Origin: Candidatus Micrarchaeota archaeon
Lineage (GTDB): Archaea > Micrarchaeota > Micrarchaeia > Norongarragalinales > SBBD01
Length of the DNA: 14,796 nucleotides
NCBI GenBank assembly: GCA_043813365.1
Contig: JBDRLB010000077.1
Location: 1 to 14,796, forward strand
Direction: 5' to 3'
The notes below the pieces were generated by a model. It was not told the origin of the DNA, made no database searches, and saw nothing but the letters and a program-made list of their open reading frames with translations. The translations under genes and the position numbers were made by a program. Positions 13,790-14,796 of the stretch are shown piece by piece. The stretch's first letter is position 1. Every line of letters begins with the position of its first letter.

Positions 13790-14796
13790 ATGAAACCCCT
13801 CCCCTGGCTGCTGCTTTTCGCTCTTCTTGCCCTGCCTTTTTCCAATGCGCTAACGCCTGTGACCGCCTGTGGGACGCTTTCCAAAGCCAGCGAAACCTAT
13901 ATTCTTCAAAATGATGTCTCCGCAGCAAAAACCTGCTTCAAAATAACCGCTAGCGGGATTACATTGGATCTGGGGGGCAAAACCGTCACATTTGATAATG
14001 CTGTACCTGTAAACCAGCCCAACGCCGGCTTTGAATCAGGAACGGTAAATTGGGATTTCTCAAATGCACCGAACGCGCAAGTTGTCACTACCGGTCAATT
14101 CCCTGCTGCAAAAGGCAGCTGGGCACCTGCAGAAATTCAAACCCATGCATTGAAATTCACCGCACCCTCAACGGCACAATATGTTTATTCGGACTGGATA
14201 CGGTTAGAAGACAATGACAACTACATGCTATCCGCCCTGATTGTCAGGCCTGTTAATTACAAAGGCATAATTGTCGCATCCCTTGAGGATCAGAACGGCA
14301 ATTCCTGCAATGCAGCGGACAATAGCTGGCCGGACCTCACCCACTGGTCCGCTGATAACTGCTTACTCACTTCGAGGACATCGCAATATGTGCGCGTAAA
14401 ACTAGGAGTCAGTGGAGGCGTCGGCAGCAATGATGTGTATTTCGATGCGATACAGGTTGTTCGTGGAAGCACACCCAATAGGATTATTGAACACATGTAC
14501 TCTGACTCAAATACGTATGGAGTTTACATTGCCGGCGGGCTTCAAAACGTCCGGGTTACTAACGGCAATATAGTTCAGGGGCAGTCAAAATCGGTTTACG
14601 CTGCAGGGATTCAGAGCCAATATAGTAACCAACGGACTGAAATCGACCATATTAATATGGTCATGTCCGGTTCGGATAATTGGGGCTTTTTCTTGGTGCA
14701 GAGCGTATCCTATGCGAAAATCCACCACAACACGATTACGATTAACGGAAAAAGGACACATTACGGCCACGAGGCAGTAGGAGGTGCGATATTGCT
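13790..14796 (+). CDS. Secreted right-handed parallel beta-helix protein with an inserted CBM-like jelly-roll domain (3' partial; absent from the ORF track)
   Basis: Manually translated open frame to the window end. Signal peptide MKPLPWLLLFALLALPFSNA; beta-helix cap CGTL...YILQNDV...TCFKITASGITLDLGGKTV; insert PNAGFE...VYFDAIQV; then beta-helix coils YGVYIAG, NVRVTNGNI and AKIHHNTI. SD GGTGA at 13780-13784; alternative ATG at 13778. Confidence 0.88.
   Translation, partial: MKPLPWLLLFALLALPFSNALTPVTACGTLSKASETYILQNDVSAAKTCFKITASGITLDLGGKTVTFDNAVPVNQPNAGFESGTVNWDFSNAPNAQVVTTGQFPAAKGSWAPAEIQTHALKFTAPSTAQYVYSDWIRLEDNDNYMLSALIVRPVNYKGIIVASLEDQNGNSCNAADNSWPDLTHWSADNCLLTSRTSQYVRVKLGVSGGVGSNDVYFDAIQVVRGSTPNRIIEHMYSDSNTYGVYIAGGLQNVRVTNGNIVQGQSKSVYAAGIQSQYSNQRTEIDHINMVMSGSDNWGFFLVQSVSYAKIHHNTITINGKRTHYGHEAVGGAIL

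Overview
Archaeal chromosomal window. TATA-box promoters, GGTGA Shine-Dalgarno sites, RadA, DUF424, an archaeal-type RNase P RNA and giant surface proteins point to a DPANN lineage such as Micrarchaeota (inference). From left to right: the start of a probable RelE/ParE toxin and its ribbon-helix-helix antitoxin; APS kinase (cysC); a compact DNA-repair neighbourhood (radA plus a small beta4-alpha hypothetical protein, converging on a DHH phosphoesterase - endonuclease III - Whirly-like operon, with a divergent JAB/MPN gene); a 1995-aa membrane-anchored modular surface protein with a 162/163-nt internal duplication; DUF424; a GT4 glycosyltransferase; an orphan ORF; a compact ~279-nt RNase P RNA that the ORF track cannot show; and the 5' part of a secreted beta-helix protein with an inserted CBM-like domain. 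The most striking item is the 150-aa protein at 2712-3164. It aligns end to end with plant organellar Whirly ssDNA-binding proteins as I recall them, and sits beside nth and radA. All family calls are by motif recognition; no searches were run.
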